This document shows, one piece after another, positions 1 through 12,540 of a DNA stretch of 64,000 bases. Under the pieces are notes generated by a model that worked only from the letters and a program-made list of their open reading frames with translations, searched no databases and was not told the origin of the DNA. The position numbers and the translations under genes are program-made. How positions within the stretch are numbered: position 1 is the stretch's first letter; each line of letters starts with the position of its first letter. Where the stretch lies: contig NC_086097.1 of assembly GCF_963921235.1 (NCBI RefSeq), positions 172,486,001-172,550,000 of the forward strand, in the 5' to 3' direction. Source of the DNA: Mobula hypostoma (Eukaryota).

Positions 1-496
1 GAATTCTCGACCTATGAACAGCCATTTTGGCTGGATACAGGAACAAACCAACCAGTAGATCCTCCAAATGACTTAAACCCCTCCTCATTCAGTGGCCATA
101 ATCAGGAACTATCCGTCTAGTCTCAGCACAAGTTCTTTCTTTGGTTCATTCTTTGTTTTTTCTTACTTAGTGAGTGAGTTGGTTACAGTTATTTCTATGT
201 CTTGAACATCTAATAAAGCAGCAGTAACCAGAAGATTCTCGTTCTTGATTTCCAAATATCATGTCCAGATACAATAGTGGGCTGAATATCCTGTTCTGGT
301 TGCCATTTAGAATCACACACAACACCAAAATCTCTGGCCCAGCGTGTCCAACTGACTGTTAGGCACCCATCTCCACCATTCCTATGGTTCCACTTGCCTC
401 CCTTCAACTCACTGTAAAGCCAACTCTCCCCAACCGCACCCACCACCACCCGCATTCATCTCCCAATTCTCTTAGCAGTCTGCAGAGGGCAGCCTG

Positions 497-672
497 CAAT
501 GGCCAGTTAACCCACCAACCAGCACACTTTTGGGATTTGGGAAGAAACTGGAACACCTAGAGGAATTTCACATGGTCACAGGGAGCACAAACTCCATACT
601 TACAGCACCCGAGGTCAGAAATGAACCCCAGTTGTTGGAGTTGTGAGTAAGCAGCTCTAATCACTGCACCAT
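497..672 (-). mobile_element. tRNA-derived V-SINE (HE1-like), degenerate
   Basis: The reverse complement reads a tRNA-like head followed by the V-domain-like 'ctctaggtgttccagtttcttcccaaatcccaaaagtgtgctggttggtgggttaactggcc'. Confidence 0.65.
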
Positions 673-806
673 TCCTAAACAATGGTGAGGGTTGTCAGGT
701 AACTGAGTCTTTTAGAGGTACAGGAGGTGGAGTATATTTTAACATTAACTTATCATGGTGCACAGATGTGGTGGTTTAGTCTCAGTCCTTTCTTTTTCTC
801 TCTCAA

Positions 807-1456
807 TCTTTTTTTTAAATTTCAGATTAATATACATAACAATATTAATGATACAAAGAGATCGGTATAACATTGATAATGGTTAACATATACAAACATA
901 ATTCGAGTAAAATATATAATTCAAGCCTCCCAATCTTTAAGTAATTGAACATGAGAAAAGAATTTTATAAAGAATCCCCTAAATTAAAAAAAAACAAAAC
1001 AAAACTGGGATGTCCTATTCCTTCGGCTAAGAACATTATTTGTCATTAACTCCACTCCTCCATAGATAAACAAAAGATTGTTTATAGAAAGGGTTCTGAA
1101 AGGGACAACTTACATCATATGAAAATGTTGAATAAACGGTCTCCAGGTTTCTTCAAATTTAACTGAAGAATCAACCATACCACACCTAATTTTTTCCAGG
1201 TTTAAACATAATATAGTTTGAGAAAACCATTGAAAAGTAGTAGGAGGATCAGAATCTTTCCATTTAAGTAAGATGGATCTTTTAGCTATTAGTGTAACAA
1301 ATGCAATCAAACAGCAAGCCGAAAAGGATAAATGACCAACATCTGTCATTGGTGATCCAAAAATTGCAGTAATAGAGTGAGGTTTTAAATTAATATGCAA
1401 AACTGTTGAAATAATATCAAAAATATCTTTCCAATATTTATCTAAAAGAGGGCAAT
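807..1456 (-). mobile_element. L1-clade LINE 3' end (ORF2 C-terminus, 3'UTR, short poly(A))
   Basis: Minus-strand translation CPLLDKYWKDIF...AKRSILLKWKDSDPPT...LNLEKIR...WRPFIQH is typical of the fish L1 ORF2 C-terminus. T-run at about 809-816. Confidence 0.85.
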
Positions 1457-2270
1457 TTTAGCATTGCCAAATTTTAGATTTTATTATTGGGCAATTAATA
1501 TCCGATATTTAATGTTTTGGACGCAAGATTGGGATGAAACTCCTTGTCCACGATGGGTGAACCTGGAGGGTGAGTCTGTGCAGGGGTGCAGGGGTTCTCA
1601 TTAGTTTCTATTTTAGGAGCTTTGCCCCCCCCCCAACTTTTTGCATTAAACACACTGAATAAACAAATAATTAATCCAATAATTAAACATACAATACAAA
1701 TATGGTTTCAATTTCGCAAATTTTTTGGATTTTATCTAGTCCTATTATATCTAATTTTTTCTTTCAACCTTCTAGAATTGATCAAGTTTTTTTTCCTTAT
1801 GGAAAACAAGGGGAATAGCATGCTTTCGTGATTTATCCATGGATAATTGTTTCATGTCGTTTGAACAATTATCTAATAAATATAAGTTGCCTAGTTCACA
1901 TTTTTTTAGATATCTGCAGATTAGAAGTTTTTTGAATGATATTTTACCTAACTCTCCAATATTTCATGCAACTAATATTACAGAAAAAATTTGGGGTTTA
2001 AATCCCTATCAGAAGTGCTTAACTGCAGTTTTGTATGATTGAATTACGAAAATACATCTAGGTACATCTAATAAAATAAAAAATGACTGGGAAAGAGAAC
2101 TTCAGGTATCTTTATCTATAGAGAAGTGGGAGAAAATTCTTCAACTAGTTAATACTTCCTCAATGTGTGCTAGTCATACACTGATACAATTTAAAATAGT
2201 CCATGGGGCTCATATGTCTAAGGATAAATTAGCTCGTTTTTACTGACATATAAATCCTGCGTGTGACAAG
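1457..2270 (+). mobile_element. L1 ORF2 segment, inverted relative to the adjacent 3' end
   Basis: Translates LALPNFRFYYWAINIRY...SHFFRYLQIRSF...IQFKIVH...INPACDK, the part of ORF2 just upstream of the CPLLDKYW segment. Confidence 0.85.
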
Positions 2271-5200
2271 AAACAGTGCATCCGGATGCCTTCCACATCA
2301 TTGCGGGGAATTTCAATCAGGCCAGCTTGAAGAAGTCTTTGAACAATGACCACCAACAGGTCACCTATGGAACTAGAGGAGCCAACACACTTGACCACTG
2401 TTATACCACCATCAAAAACGCTTACAGGGCCATCCCACATCCACACTTTGGAAAGTACAATTGTTTGGCTGTACTCCCAGTGTACAGGCATAAGCTAAAG
2501 ACCGCAGCACCAATAGTGAGGACCAAGAAGGTATGGTCAAGGGAGTTAGAGGAGCACTTACAGTATTGCTTTGAATCAGTGGACTTAACAATATTCAAGG
2601 ATTCATCTCCGAGTTGGAATGAATACACCGACTTCCTCAAGACCTGTGTACATGAGTGTGTGCCTTTGAGAACATACCGGACATGTCCAAACCAAAAACC
2701 CTGGATGAACAAGGAGATTCATAGTCTGCTGAGGGCTGGATCTGTGGCATTCAAGACCGCTGATCCAGAACTATACAAGAAGTCTAAGTACTACCTACAG
2801 AAGGCCATTTTAAGTGTGAGAAAACAATTCTAATTGAAGTTAGAGACAGAATTGGATGCTTGTCAGCTGGCAGGTTTTGCAAGCCATTGCCTCTTATAAG
2901 GAAAAGCCTAATATCGTGTATGGCTGTAATGCTTTACTCCCAGAAGCCTTGTATGCACACTTTGAAAGGGAGAATAAAACTACATCTTTGCATGTCCCTG
3001 CAGCATCTGGTGACCCTGTGATCTCTGGCTCAGAGGCTAATGTCAGAACATCTTTCAAGAGTGTGAACCCTCACAAAGAGTCAGGCCCTGATGGTGTACC
3101 TCGTAGGGCTCCAAAAACCCATGCCAACCAACTAGTGGGAGGAATCAAGGGTGTTTTCAATCTCTCATTGTTGAAGTCAAAGGTTCCCACCTACTTCAAA
3201 AGGGCGATAATCATACCAGCGCCGAAGATCAGGGTGAGCTTCCTCAATGACTATTGCCTGGTTGCACTTACATCTACTGGTGATGAAATGCTTTGAGAGG
3301 TTGGTCATGCCAGAATCATCTGCTGCCTAAGCAAGGACCTGGACCCAATGCAATTTGCCTTTTGCCGCAATAGCTCTACAGCAGACGTAATCTCACTGAC
3401 TCTCCACTTGGCCTTGGATCAGCTGGACAGTAACAATACCTACATCAGGTTCATTGATTACAGCTCAGCGTTCAACAACATCATACCCTCAGTATTAATC
3501 AACAACCTCCAAAACCTGGGCCTCTATGCCTTCCTCTGCAACTAGATCATAGATTTCCTCGTCGGGAGACCAGTCAGGGTGGATCAGGAACAACTCCTCC
3601 TCACTGACAATGAACACCGCAAGGATGCCTGCTCGACTTGCTGCTCTACTCTCTCTGCACTCACAACTGTGTGGCTAGACACAGCACAAGTGCCACCGAT
3701 AAATTTTCCGATGACACAATTACTGTTGGCAAAATTTCAGATGGCGAAGAGTAATCATACAGGAGTGAGACAGATCAGTTGACTGAGTGGCTTCACAGCA
3801 ACAACCTTGCACTCAACATCAGTATGAGTAAGGAATTGACTGTGGACGTGAGACAGGAGAAGTCGCGGGAACACACACCAGTCTTCACTGAGGGATCAGC
3901 GGTGGAAAGGGTGAACAACTTCAAACTCCTGGTTGTGGATACAATATATTGATGCAATTGCAAAGAAGGCACAACAGCAGCCATCTTTCATTAGGAGTTT
4001 GAGGAGACTTGGTATGTACCACTGAGAGCATGTTAACTGGCTTTCTCACCATCTGGCATGGAGGAGCCACTGCACTGCACAGGATCTGGAAAAGCTGCAG
4101 AAGGTTGCAGACTCAGTCAGCTCCATCATGGGCACTAGCCTCCACAGCATTGAGGACAACTTCAAAAGGCGATGCCTCAAAAAGGTGGCATCCATCTTGA
4201 AGAAACCCCCTCACCCTGGCCTCTTCTCATGGCTACAATCAAGGAGGAGGTACAGGGGCCTGAAGACACACATTCAATGTTTAGGAACAGCTTCTCTAGA
4301 GGGTTCAATAGGTATATTTAACGTTAGAGAAATGTATACAATACGCATCCTGAAATTCTTCTTCTTCGCAAGGATCCACGAAAACAGAGGAGTGACCCAA
4401 AGAATGAATGACAGCTCAACGTGAGAACCCCAAAGACCCTCCCCAGCTCCCCTCCCATGCATAAGCAGCAGCAAGGCGACCCTCCTCCGCACCAACAAAG
4501 AAGCATCAGCATCCCCACTGAGCACGCAAGCATTCAGCAAAGCATCAATAAAGACACAGACTTGCAGTACACCAAAGACTACTCATTCACCCGGTATTCG
4601 ACATACCACAGGCTCTCTCTCTCCCTAATAAGGGTAAAAGAGGTGTCCCTGTTTCACAGCGAGAGGAGACATAACAAAGCAACGCGCTGACATATGGTGT
4701 TAAAAGTCTGTTGCGTCGCTCCGTCTGAACTCGGGTCCTTGGTACACAGCCGGCAGCCAGCTCGCTGCTTTTAATCTTCAGTCTCCACGATGCATCAAGC
4801 ATCTTGATCCAGCACCCTGAAGGCACACTAGTCTTCCAGGCCGCACCCCTGGCATATCGAAAAGCGGCCGGTTGTGAGGCTCCGAGAGCGAGTCCCATTT
4901 CCACAAAGAACCAAAGACAGCGTACAACTCCAGCTCAGGGTCTTCAAAAGAACCCTGAAAAAGGAAAAAAGAGATAACAAAGATGGAAATAAAGCTGTTA
5001 TCGAAGATGCAAGCAAAGAAGTTGTTGTTAGGCGCCATCATCCTCCTAAGTTCCTCCCATTCCACCATCAAATTTCCATTTGGACAATGAACCCGTATAC
5101 ACAACCTCACTTTTTTTCCTTTTTTTTGCTCTCTTTTTGCACTACTTATTTAATTTATGATATACTGGATATATTTCTTATTGGAATTTATAGTTTGTTT

Positions 5201-5287
5201 ATTATATGTATTGCAATGTATTACTGCCACAAAACAACAAATTTCTTGACGTATACCAGTCATATTAAACCTCCTTCTGATTCTGAA
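2271..5287 (+). mobile_element. Rex1/Babar LINE, 5'-truncated and decayed (EN C-terminus, RT, 3' tail)
   Basis: ORF fragments AGNFNQ, TRGANTLDHCY, PNQKPWMN, SGPDGVP, FIDYSSAFN; 3' tail ending 'ttctgattctga' at about 5285. Confidence 0.9.
4299..5047 (-). mobile_element. Non-coding retroposon nested in the Rex1 3' end
   Basis: Interrupts the Rex1 'aacagcttct...cccattccaccatc' motif. On the minus strand it begins with a GATGGCGCC-type LINE-like 5' end and ends in a LINE-like tail; CpG-rich, so relatively young. Confidence 0.55.
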
Positions 5288-5526
5288 GGGGTAGATTGGG
5301 AGATCATTCTTCCTTATTGTTTAAGAATCTGTTCAAGAGCCTTATAACGACAGAATAGAAGCTGATTTTGAACATGGCATGTGTTCTGAAGCCTTAGTAT
5401 TTTTTTGCCCAATGAAAATGGGGAGATGAGTACAATTGCTAATTAATGACAGGTATCCTTCCCTCTTTGACTTAACTTCAATCCAGCCTACAGGCTTTAG
5501 CTCCCTACATCTTCGGTCAAGTAGAG

Positions 5527-5745
5527 ACACAAGAGACCACAGGTGCTGGAATCTGAAGGCACAAGTAATCTGCTGGAAGGGCTCAGTGGTTTGAGCAGCA
5601 TTTGTCACAGAACTGTCAATGTTTTTGTTTGAATCCCTGCATCAGATTTGATGCAAAGTATCATTCCAAAACATTGACAATCGCTTTCCTCCCACAGATG
5701 CAGCTTGGCCCATCGAGTTCCTTCAGCAGGTTTTTTTTGTGCTTC
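5527..5745. mobile_element. Degenerate fold-back Penelope-derived element
   Basis: Inverted arms ('ctgctggaagggctcag...' / '...cgagttccttcagcag') around degenerate hammerhead-like cores near 5620-5680; related to 53086-53619. Confidence 0.5.
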
Positions 5746-6060
5746 AATTAAATTTCTATTCACTGAAGGCAAGAATCTGCAGATGCTGGATATTCTCAGT
5801 AGGACAGGCAGCATCAATAGTGAGAGAAACAGAAGTAAATTCTTGAGGTCGGTGGGATAAACAAGAAATAGAACAAGCTTGGAAATGAGGAGAAAGGGGA
5901 AGGATTTTTGAGTGATTCTAGAGGTTATGGGAACACATAGAAAGTGGACCAAAGGGCACGTTCTGGTCAGCTATGACCTCTTCGAATATGGAAGATCACT
6001 ACTCGCTCAAAACTAGTTATATCTCCAGATCCACTACAATGAGATAGATCCTGAAACGAC

Positions 6061-7083
6061 TGTTGTGATTGAACTGAAACTAAGCCACACAGAAACTGTA
6101 CCTGGGGGAAATAGAAAAGTCTTTATTCACACAACAAACTCCAGGAGAGAGAGAGAGAGAAAGAGTCCAGAAGAATCCAAAAGGATCTTTAACACAAAGA
6201 TAACAATAAATGATTAACAGCAGTATCAATTGTTCTAATCATCTACTTTAACATTTTGAATATGGTCAAGTAAATTTACATAATTGCATAAGAACATAAA
6301 AACATAAGAAACAGGAGCAGGAGTAGGCCATCTGGCCCATCGAGCCTGCTCCGCCATTCAATAAGATCATGGCTGACCTGGCTCCACCTACTTGCCTTTT
6401 CCCCATAATCCTTAATTCCCCTACTATGCAAAAATCTATCCAACCTTGTCTTAAATATATTTACTGAGGTAGCCTCTACTGCTTAATTGGGCAGAGAATT
6501 CCACAGTTCCACCCACTCTCTGGGAAAAGTAGTTCCTTCTCATCTTCATCATAAATCTACTCTCCCGAATCTTGAGGCTATATCCCCTAGTTCTAGTCTC
6601 ACCTTATCAGTGGAAACAACTTTCCTGTCTCTATCTTATCTATCCCTTTCATAATTTTATATGTTTCTATAAGAACTCCTCTCATCCTTCTGAAATCCAG
6701 GTGACTCAATCCTCCTCATAGTCTAACCCCTTTATTTATGGAATCAACCTGGTAAACCGCCTCCAAAGCCAGTATATCCTTCTTCAGGTAAGGAGAGCAG
6801 AACTTCAAGCAGTACTCCAGGTGCGGCCTCACCAGTATCCTGTACAGTTGCAGTATAACCTCCTTGCTCTTAACTTCAATCCCTCTAGCAACGAAGGCCA
6901 GCTTTCCATTTGGCTTCTTGGTAGCCCGCTGCACCTGCAAACCAACCTTTTGTGATTCATGCACAACCACTCCCAAGTCCCTCTGCATAGCAGCATGCTG
7001 CAATTTTTACCACTTAAGTAACAAACTGATCTTCAGTTTTCTTTCCAAAGCGGATAATCTCACATATTTAAAATGGTAACGCA
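6061..7083 (-). mobile_element. Probable solo LTR split by a CR1 insertion
   Basis: Starts TGTTGTG at 6061, has tttatt (minus-strand AATAAA) near 6122, resumes after the CR1 and ends near 'gtaacgca' at 7083, where the RTE frame resumes. Confidence 0.45.
6288..7056 (-). mobile_element. CR1 LINE 3' end
   Basis: ORF 6716-7003 (QRDLGVVV...LVRPHLEYC) and an (ATAAGAAC)n tail. Confidence 0.9.
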
Positions 7084-8074
7084 TGTCATGCATAGTCTGA
7101 GGTAGATCCTTGACATCTATTGGCAGGACCAAGTTGCAACCATAGAGGTTATTGACAGGACAGGGACCTTGAGCACTGAGGCCACAATTGTAAAAGCACA
7201 ATTCGGTGGACAGGGCTTGTCACATGTATGAAGAATTCACGAATCCTCAAACCGCTACTGTATGACAAGCTTTCCCTGGGCAAAAGAAATAGAGGCAGGC
7301 CCTGAAAAAGCTTCAAAGACTGTATAAAAACTAATATTGCACACGCTAAATTTGTTCCCAAATGTCTGGAGCAGAGTGCCCAAAACCAGACTGGTTGTCG
7401 AGCATTGATTAGAATCATTCACAACAGCCTAGAGGAGAGGCACCCAGTCACTGCATGAAAATAAGGAAATCTGAAGCAGTGGCTCCACTGCCAGATCCAG
7501 GCCATCCTCTATGTCCCTACTGTGAATGTCCATGTTGTTCACAACTTGGACTCAATTGCCACCTTCAAATGCAAACAGAAGAACTGCACAAATCGAACTG
7601 TCATTGTCAAATACGACAGACAACAAATCACAACCACATCCCACAAAATGCCAGAGGAACTCAGCTGGTCAGGCAGCAAACAAACAGTCAACATTTTGGG
7701 CCAAGACCCTTTCATTGAGTCCTGATGAAGAGCATCAGCAGAATCACTAGTATTTACAATCACATCCCAACTAGCAGAATCCCTTTGAATATTTGCTACT
7801 GGTGTCTGTTCTAAAAGCCTCTGACTACAAACATCAGACACCCAAAACATACCCCTTTTTAACAATGTTGAGGATTGGATCAATAAACATACAATGAACC
7901 GAAGGGTTAAGCTGCAGGGATACACTTTTAACAATGAGTAAGAATGTTCACCTATTTTCTTTCTCTGTGTTTCATTTGGGCAGAATCTCACTAGCCACTA
8001 ACTATAAGTTGTTAGTTAAATTGTGTACAGGTTTTATTTCCTGAAGACTTGATTTCATCTTAGAAAATTCTGAA

Positions 8075-8545
8075 ACACTCGTTCGCTGCTGTCATTACTG
8101 CGTGTTCAGGAATCTTTCGAAGGGTAGGCCCAAAAATCCCCGGCCTTGCCTGCTTTTGAACCGAGAAGGAGGTCAAATCATTCGGACAGTGATGGCGCTC
8201 AGTACTCGGTGTCGGAGAGCTGATCAGAGCTCGAAATTTTCGGATGACTCAGAGTCAGATTATGATCGGCATGCCAGGGAGAGCTTTTCTTCCTTTTCCC
8301 GTCTGCGTGAGATGTGGGACATTTGAGAGACTTTGAACTTTACTGTGCTCATGGACTTCTTCATCAAGTTATGGTATTGTTGCACTGTTGTAACTACATG
8401 TTATAATTATGTGGTTTTGTCAGTTTTTTCAGTCTTGGTCTGACCTGTGTTTTGTGATATCACACTGGAGGAAATATTGTGTCATTTCTTAATGCATGCA
8501 TTACTAAATGACAATAAAGGAGGACTACGTGTCTTCATAATCTAG
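8075..8545 (+). mobile_element. Non-coding retroposon with a LINE-like 3' tail
   Basis: CpG-rich body followed by a tail ending 'aaatgacaataaa...cataatcta'. Confidence 0.5.
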
Positions 8546-10384
8546 TTAATCCACAATTATGCTGTCCACAACGTCCTCTCTCCAGAATGATCCCTAACAA
8601 TAGCCCAAGTTATTCAAGAGCAATTAAACATGGGCTAACTTTGCCAGTGATCCCAGAAACCGGAGATGAAACATCAGTCCTCAAGTACATGATTGTGCCT
8701 TCCTATCCAGCTGTTGGCAGTTCAGCTACTATGTGAATTATGCCAAGCTGTAACTTAAGTGAGAAGCAGTCTTTGGAATATTTGTTCTAATATATATTGC
8801 AAGCAGTAATCAATTTGAAATTTATAAAGAATAATTTTTTAATACAAATACAGCAATTTCCTAAACAACAGGCTACAGCAAGAAGCTCAAGAGATCTGAT
8901 TTGGGAAGTGATGTGCCTAAGGGACATTCTCATCTGAAGCAAGACAATGGGTGTACCGTATATTAACCGGACAACATCAAACCAGGCAAAACTAGCTAAA
9001 GTTATTTTTTACCCTTTTGACCAAGTTCAAAATGCTTGCAGACCAGACTCATTTTGTCACTTAGCATGGTCACAAATACATTTGCTTTTGCAGTAATTGT
9101 GCACCCAGAGTCAGTCCTCATGCCTTTTGCATGATTTATTTATTTTTGTAACTTGTAATTTTTGTCTTGCACTGTACTGCTTTTGCAAAACAACAAATTT
9201 CACTGCATATATCAATGATAATAAACCTGATTCTGATTAATATTCGGTGTCTGCACTCTCTGTCCTAAGCTTTTAGACCATCCATGTAAAGGATCCCTGC
9301 AGAGCTATTTGAACATTCAGAGATGCTGTATCAGTTACAGTGTGCTTCCATGGCAAATATGTGCTTTAATGAAACCATTCTGTCAGATTCAAAGCTCTGA
9401 ATAAACAACTTTATTGTAATGATTGGCACTGTATTCAATCACCTGCTGTTACCTTTAAACTTCAGAATATGAAAACTTGTTGTACTTTGAGTTCAGGTAG
9501 ACTGTACTGAGAGGGTCAAGGGTCCTAGGAGAATGCCTGCTTGTAGTAATGAATAAAGACCCTTATATTGCCCAGCTTCAATGTCGCTTCATTGACTCAG
9601 TTCTGCAGTCACACACAGCTGTGTGGCATCACAGTCCCTGCTGTGTCCTGAAGCCATTCTCATCCAGGTTTCAAATAGCATCTGAGGTGACTTAATGAAG
9701 GATTTTGTCCATCACACACAGTGACTCATAATGTATGGTGAAGCATCATTAATGAAAATGCATAATACTGGAAATAATTAGTGGGCCAGGAGAGAGAAAC
9801 AGAGTTAATGCTTCAGATAGCTGACCTTTCTGATAAGGTGTCTGTTGGATATTCCTCGTTGTTTGATTAAACCACAACCAGGAGAGATGTGACAAGGCAA
9901 GAGGATACAGAATAAAATGATGCAAATTCAGTTGTTTATCGGTATAGGGGACCATGAAGTGTCTGCCAGCAGATTCTTAAATGCAATGGGACAGATCAGT
10001 CAGGTGGCTGGAATATTTTCCTTTCTTCTGTGAGGCAAAGAACATACGAGAAGCTTTTAGTAAGCCTGAAGTGTGTTAGTCTTCTAGCACAACAGAATGC
10101 CTGTTTGGGAATGCTGTAGACCGGCTCAGTTCAGCCTGAAGGTGTATGTACTGAGAGACGAACTGACACAGTCCATCCAATGCCGAACTTCAGTAGGGGT
10201 GAGGCTCTTTCCACTACTGCAAATAAAGGGTCAGGAATTGGGTGTAAAACCCCTCGAACAAAGAAAGGGCTATGAGATGTCAGGGCAGCACATCATGGCA
10301 ATGCTGCTTATGTTTGTGTTTTTTTTTCTCTTTTTAAAGTTATGTACTGATCAATAAGGTTATGTCCTTGCAAAGGTTCTTCCT

Positions 10385-10760
10385 TTGGTGTGCGTTATTA
10401 TAGCCAGGGGAGATAGTGGGTAAGCTCCCACTAATTACTAAGTGGTTCCAATGGTGTGCATCTGAAGTAGCCTCTGATAACCAAATGCAGCTCCTGGCCT
10501 TAATGTGAGGCTTAGCTACTAAACCCAGTGAAACCATTTCTACAGACAGGAGAAAGTGCAAAGGAGGGTTACTGGCACCTTAAAACCAGTCGCTTCGGGC
10601 TGATGGGGCTCAGCAGCCATGACTGGCAACTGACCGAGGAGAAAGGAAACGCTGATCTCAAATCTACACTGCCTTGTGACTATACCCACTCATGGGAAAG
10701 GCTAGGGGAACACACCCTGAGGAAAAATCTGAAGCTAAGGCAGTCCATCTGCCTTATGCA
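10385..10760 (+). mobile_element. RTE-derived non-autonomous element (5' part)
   Basis: Homologous to 57772-58336 (minus strand) and 37665-38020; contains the RTE 5'UTR-like 'ggagaaaggaaacgctgatctcaaa'. Confidence 0.65.
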
Positions 10761-11433
10761 TGCAATTAAGTATAGCACCTTCAGTTCTGCATTCATCACC
10801 CTTTTTGATTTTGGCCCTCTCATCCCACTTACTGCAATTTTGCCCTATCATGTGCCTGTCCCTTCTCAAGCCTCACTGCACACTGCACCTACTTGTATAC
10901 CAATTGACCCATCCTCATCCCTATCAATACGATTCCTATCCTCGTGCCAAGTTAGTTTAAACTCTCCCCGGCAGTTCTATAAAATCTGCCCACAATGATA
11001 TTGGTCCCCCTCGGGTTCAGGGTAAGCCGTCCTTTACGTACAGGTCATATCTTTGTCAGCAGAGGTCCCAATGATCCAGAATTCAGAAACCTTCCACCCA
11101 GCTGCAACTCTTCAGCTATGCATTCATCTTCCGAATCAACCTGTTCTTGCCATCACTGGCACATGGGACAGACAGCAATCCAGAGATTATTCAGGAGATC
11201 CTACTTTTCAGTTTTCTGCCTTACTCCCTATAATCTCTCCTCAAGACCTCCTACCTTTTCCTACCTATGTCGTTGGTACCAATATGTGCCACAACTTCTG
11301 CCTGGTCACCATCCCCCTTTAGAATGCCAGGGACCTTATCCAAGATAACCCTGACGCTGGCACCTGGGAGTCAACATACCATCCAGGCGTCTCTTTGACA
11401 TCCACAGAATCTGCTTTCTGTTCATCTGATTAC

Positions 11434-11690
11434 CGCAGTAGCGTAGTGGTTAGCACGCTGCTATTACTGCTCAGGGCCTTCCGGAATTTGGAGTTCAATT
11501 CCTGTTCCATTCAGTTTAGAAGTCTCTGTGGAATGCGTGAGTTTTTTCCAGGTGCTCTCACAGTCCAAACATGTACGGGGTGGGTTAATAGGTCATTGTA
11601 AATTGTCCCATGACTTGGTTAGAATTATCTGGGTTTGTGGGGTTGCTGGGCCAGAAGGGCTCACTCTGTACTGCATCAATAAATAAATAA
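11434..11690 (+). mobile_element. tRNA-derived V-SINE inserted in the CR1
   Basis: A-box 'tagtggttagc', B-box-like 'ggagttcaattcc', V-domain-like middle and (AAAT)n tail. Confidence 0.75.
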
Positions 11691-12256
11691 CCTACTGCAC
11701 TTCTCTTCTCTCCCCTTCCCTTCTGAGCCACAAAGCCAAACTCAGTGCCAGAAACCTGATCACGGCAGCTTCCTTCACCAATAGCGTCCAAAGCAGTATA
11801 CTTAATAATAGGGAGAACGCCACTGAGGTGCTCTTTACTGGTTGCCTTTTCCCTTTCCCTCTCCTGACCGTCACTTAAGGATCCACCTCCTTCAACTTCG
11901 GGGTGCCTACCTCCCTGTAACTCCTACCTATCACCTCCTCATTCTCCCGTATGAGACAAAGGTCATCAAGCTGCAGCTCCAGTTCCTTAACACGGTCTGT
12001 AAGGAGCCACAGCTCGATGCACTTCATGCAGGTGTAGTCATCAGGGACATACCACTACCTCCAGATCCTTTCCCAGTGCACTAGCAATGTACTAACAGAA
12101 AAAAAAGCTTACTAGAAATGTTCTTGCTTAATTTTTCAGATACTTCACTTGTGTTTGCCAATCCTGTTCTCGCCCAAGCCTGTTGAACCAAAGCTGAACC
12201 ACTCTAACAACGCCCCCCACACACAATTACACTTCCTTTCTTTTTATTGACCCCAT

Positions 12257-12540
12257 GCTGATCGCTGCTCATCAAGCAAAAAGCTGAAAAGTACCCAAGC
12301 TCTTTTTAAGCCTTGTGCTGTGTCACCAACAAATGATCTCTCGTGCTGATTGCCACCCGTGTGAAAAAAAACTGTAAAGTACCAGAGCTCCTTATAAACT
12401 TCGCACTACGTCACCAGTGAACAACCTCTCGTGCTGATTGCTGCCCGTGAGAAAAAACACTGAAAAGTGCCCAGAATCTTTTTAAGTCTTGTACTGTGTT
12501 GCCAATGAACAACCTCTCGCACTGACTGCTGCCCATCGAG
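12257..12540. repeat. About 88-bp tandem repeat, about 3.2 copies
   Basis: Units start gctgat(c/t)gc at about 12257, 12344, 12433 and 12521. Confidence 0.85.

Larger units (their letters stand above)
5955..7640 (+). mobile_element. RTE-clade LINE 3' fragment, interrupted by an LTR and a CR1
   Basis: From 7085: ILDIYWQDQV...SRILKPLLYDKLSLGKRNRGRP*KSFKDCIK, matching the RTE C-terminal 'PKQLLYGEL..GKR..GRP' motif. Confidence 0.75.
10770..12540 (-). mobile_element. CR1 5' region (ORF1 esterase remnant and tandem 5'UTR)
   Basis: Minus strand contains 'gcacatattggtaccaacgacataggtagg' (HIGTNDIG), homologous to ORF1 at 31.7-32.3 kb. Confidence 0.75.
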
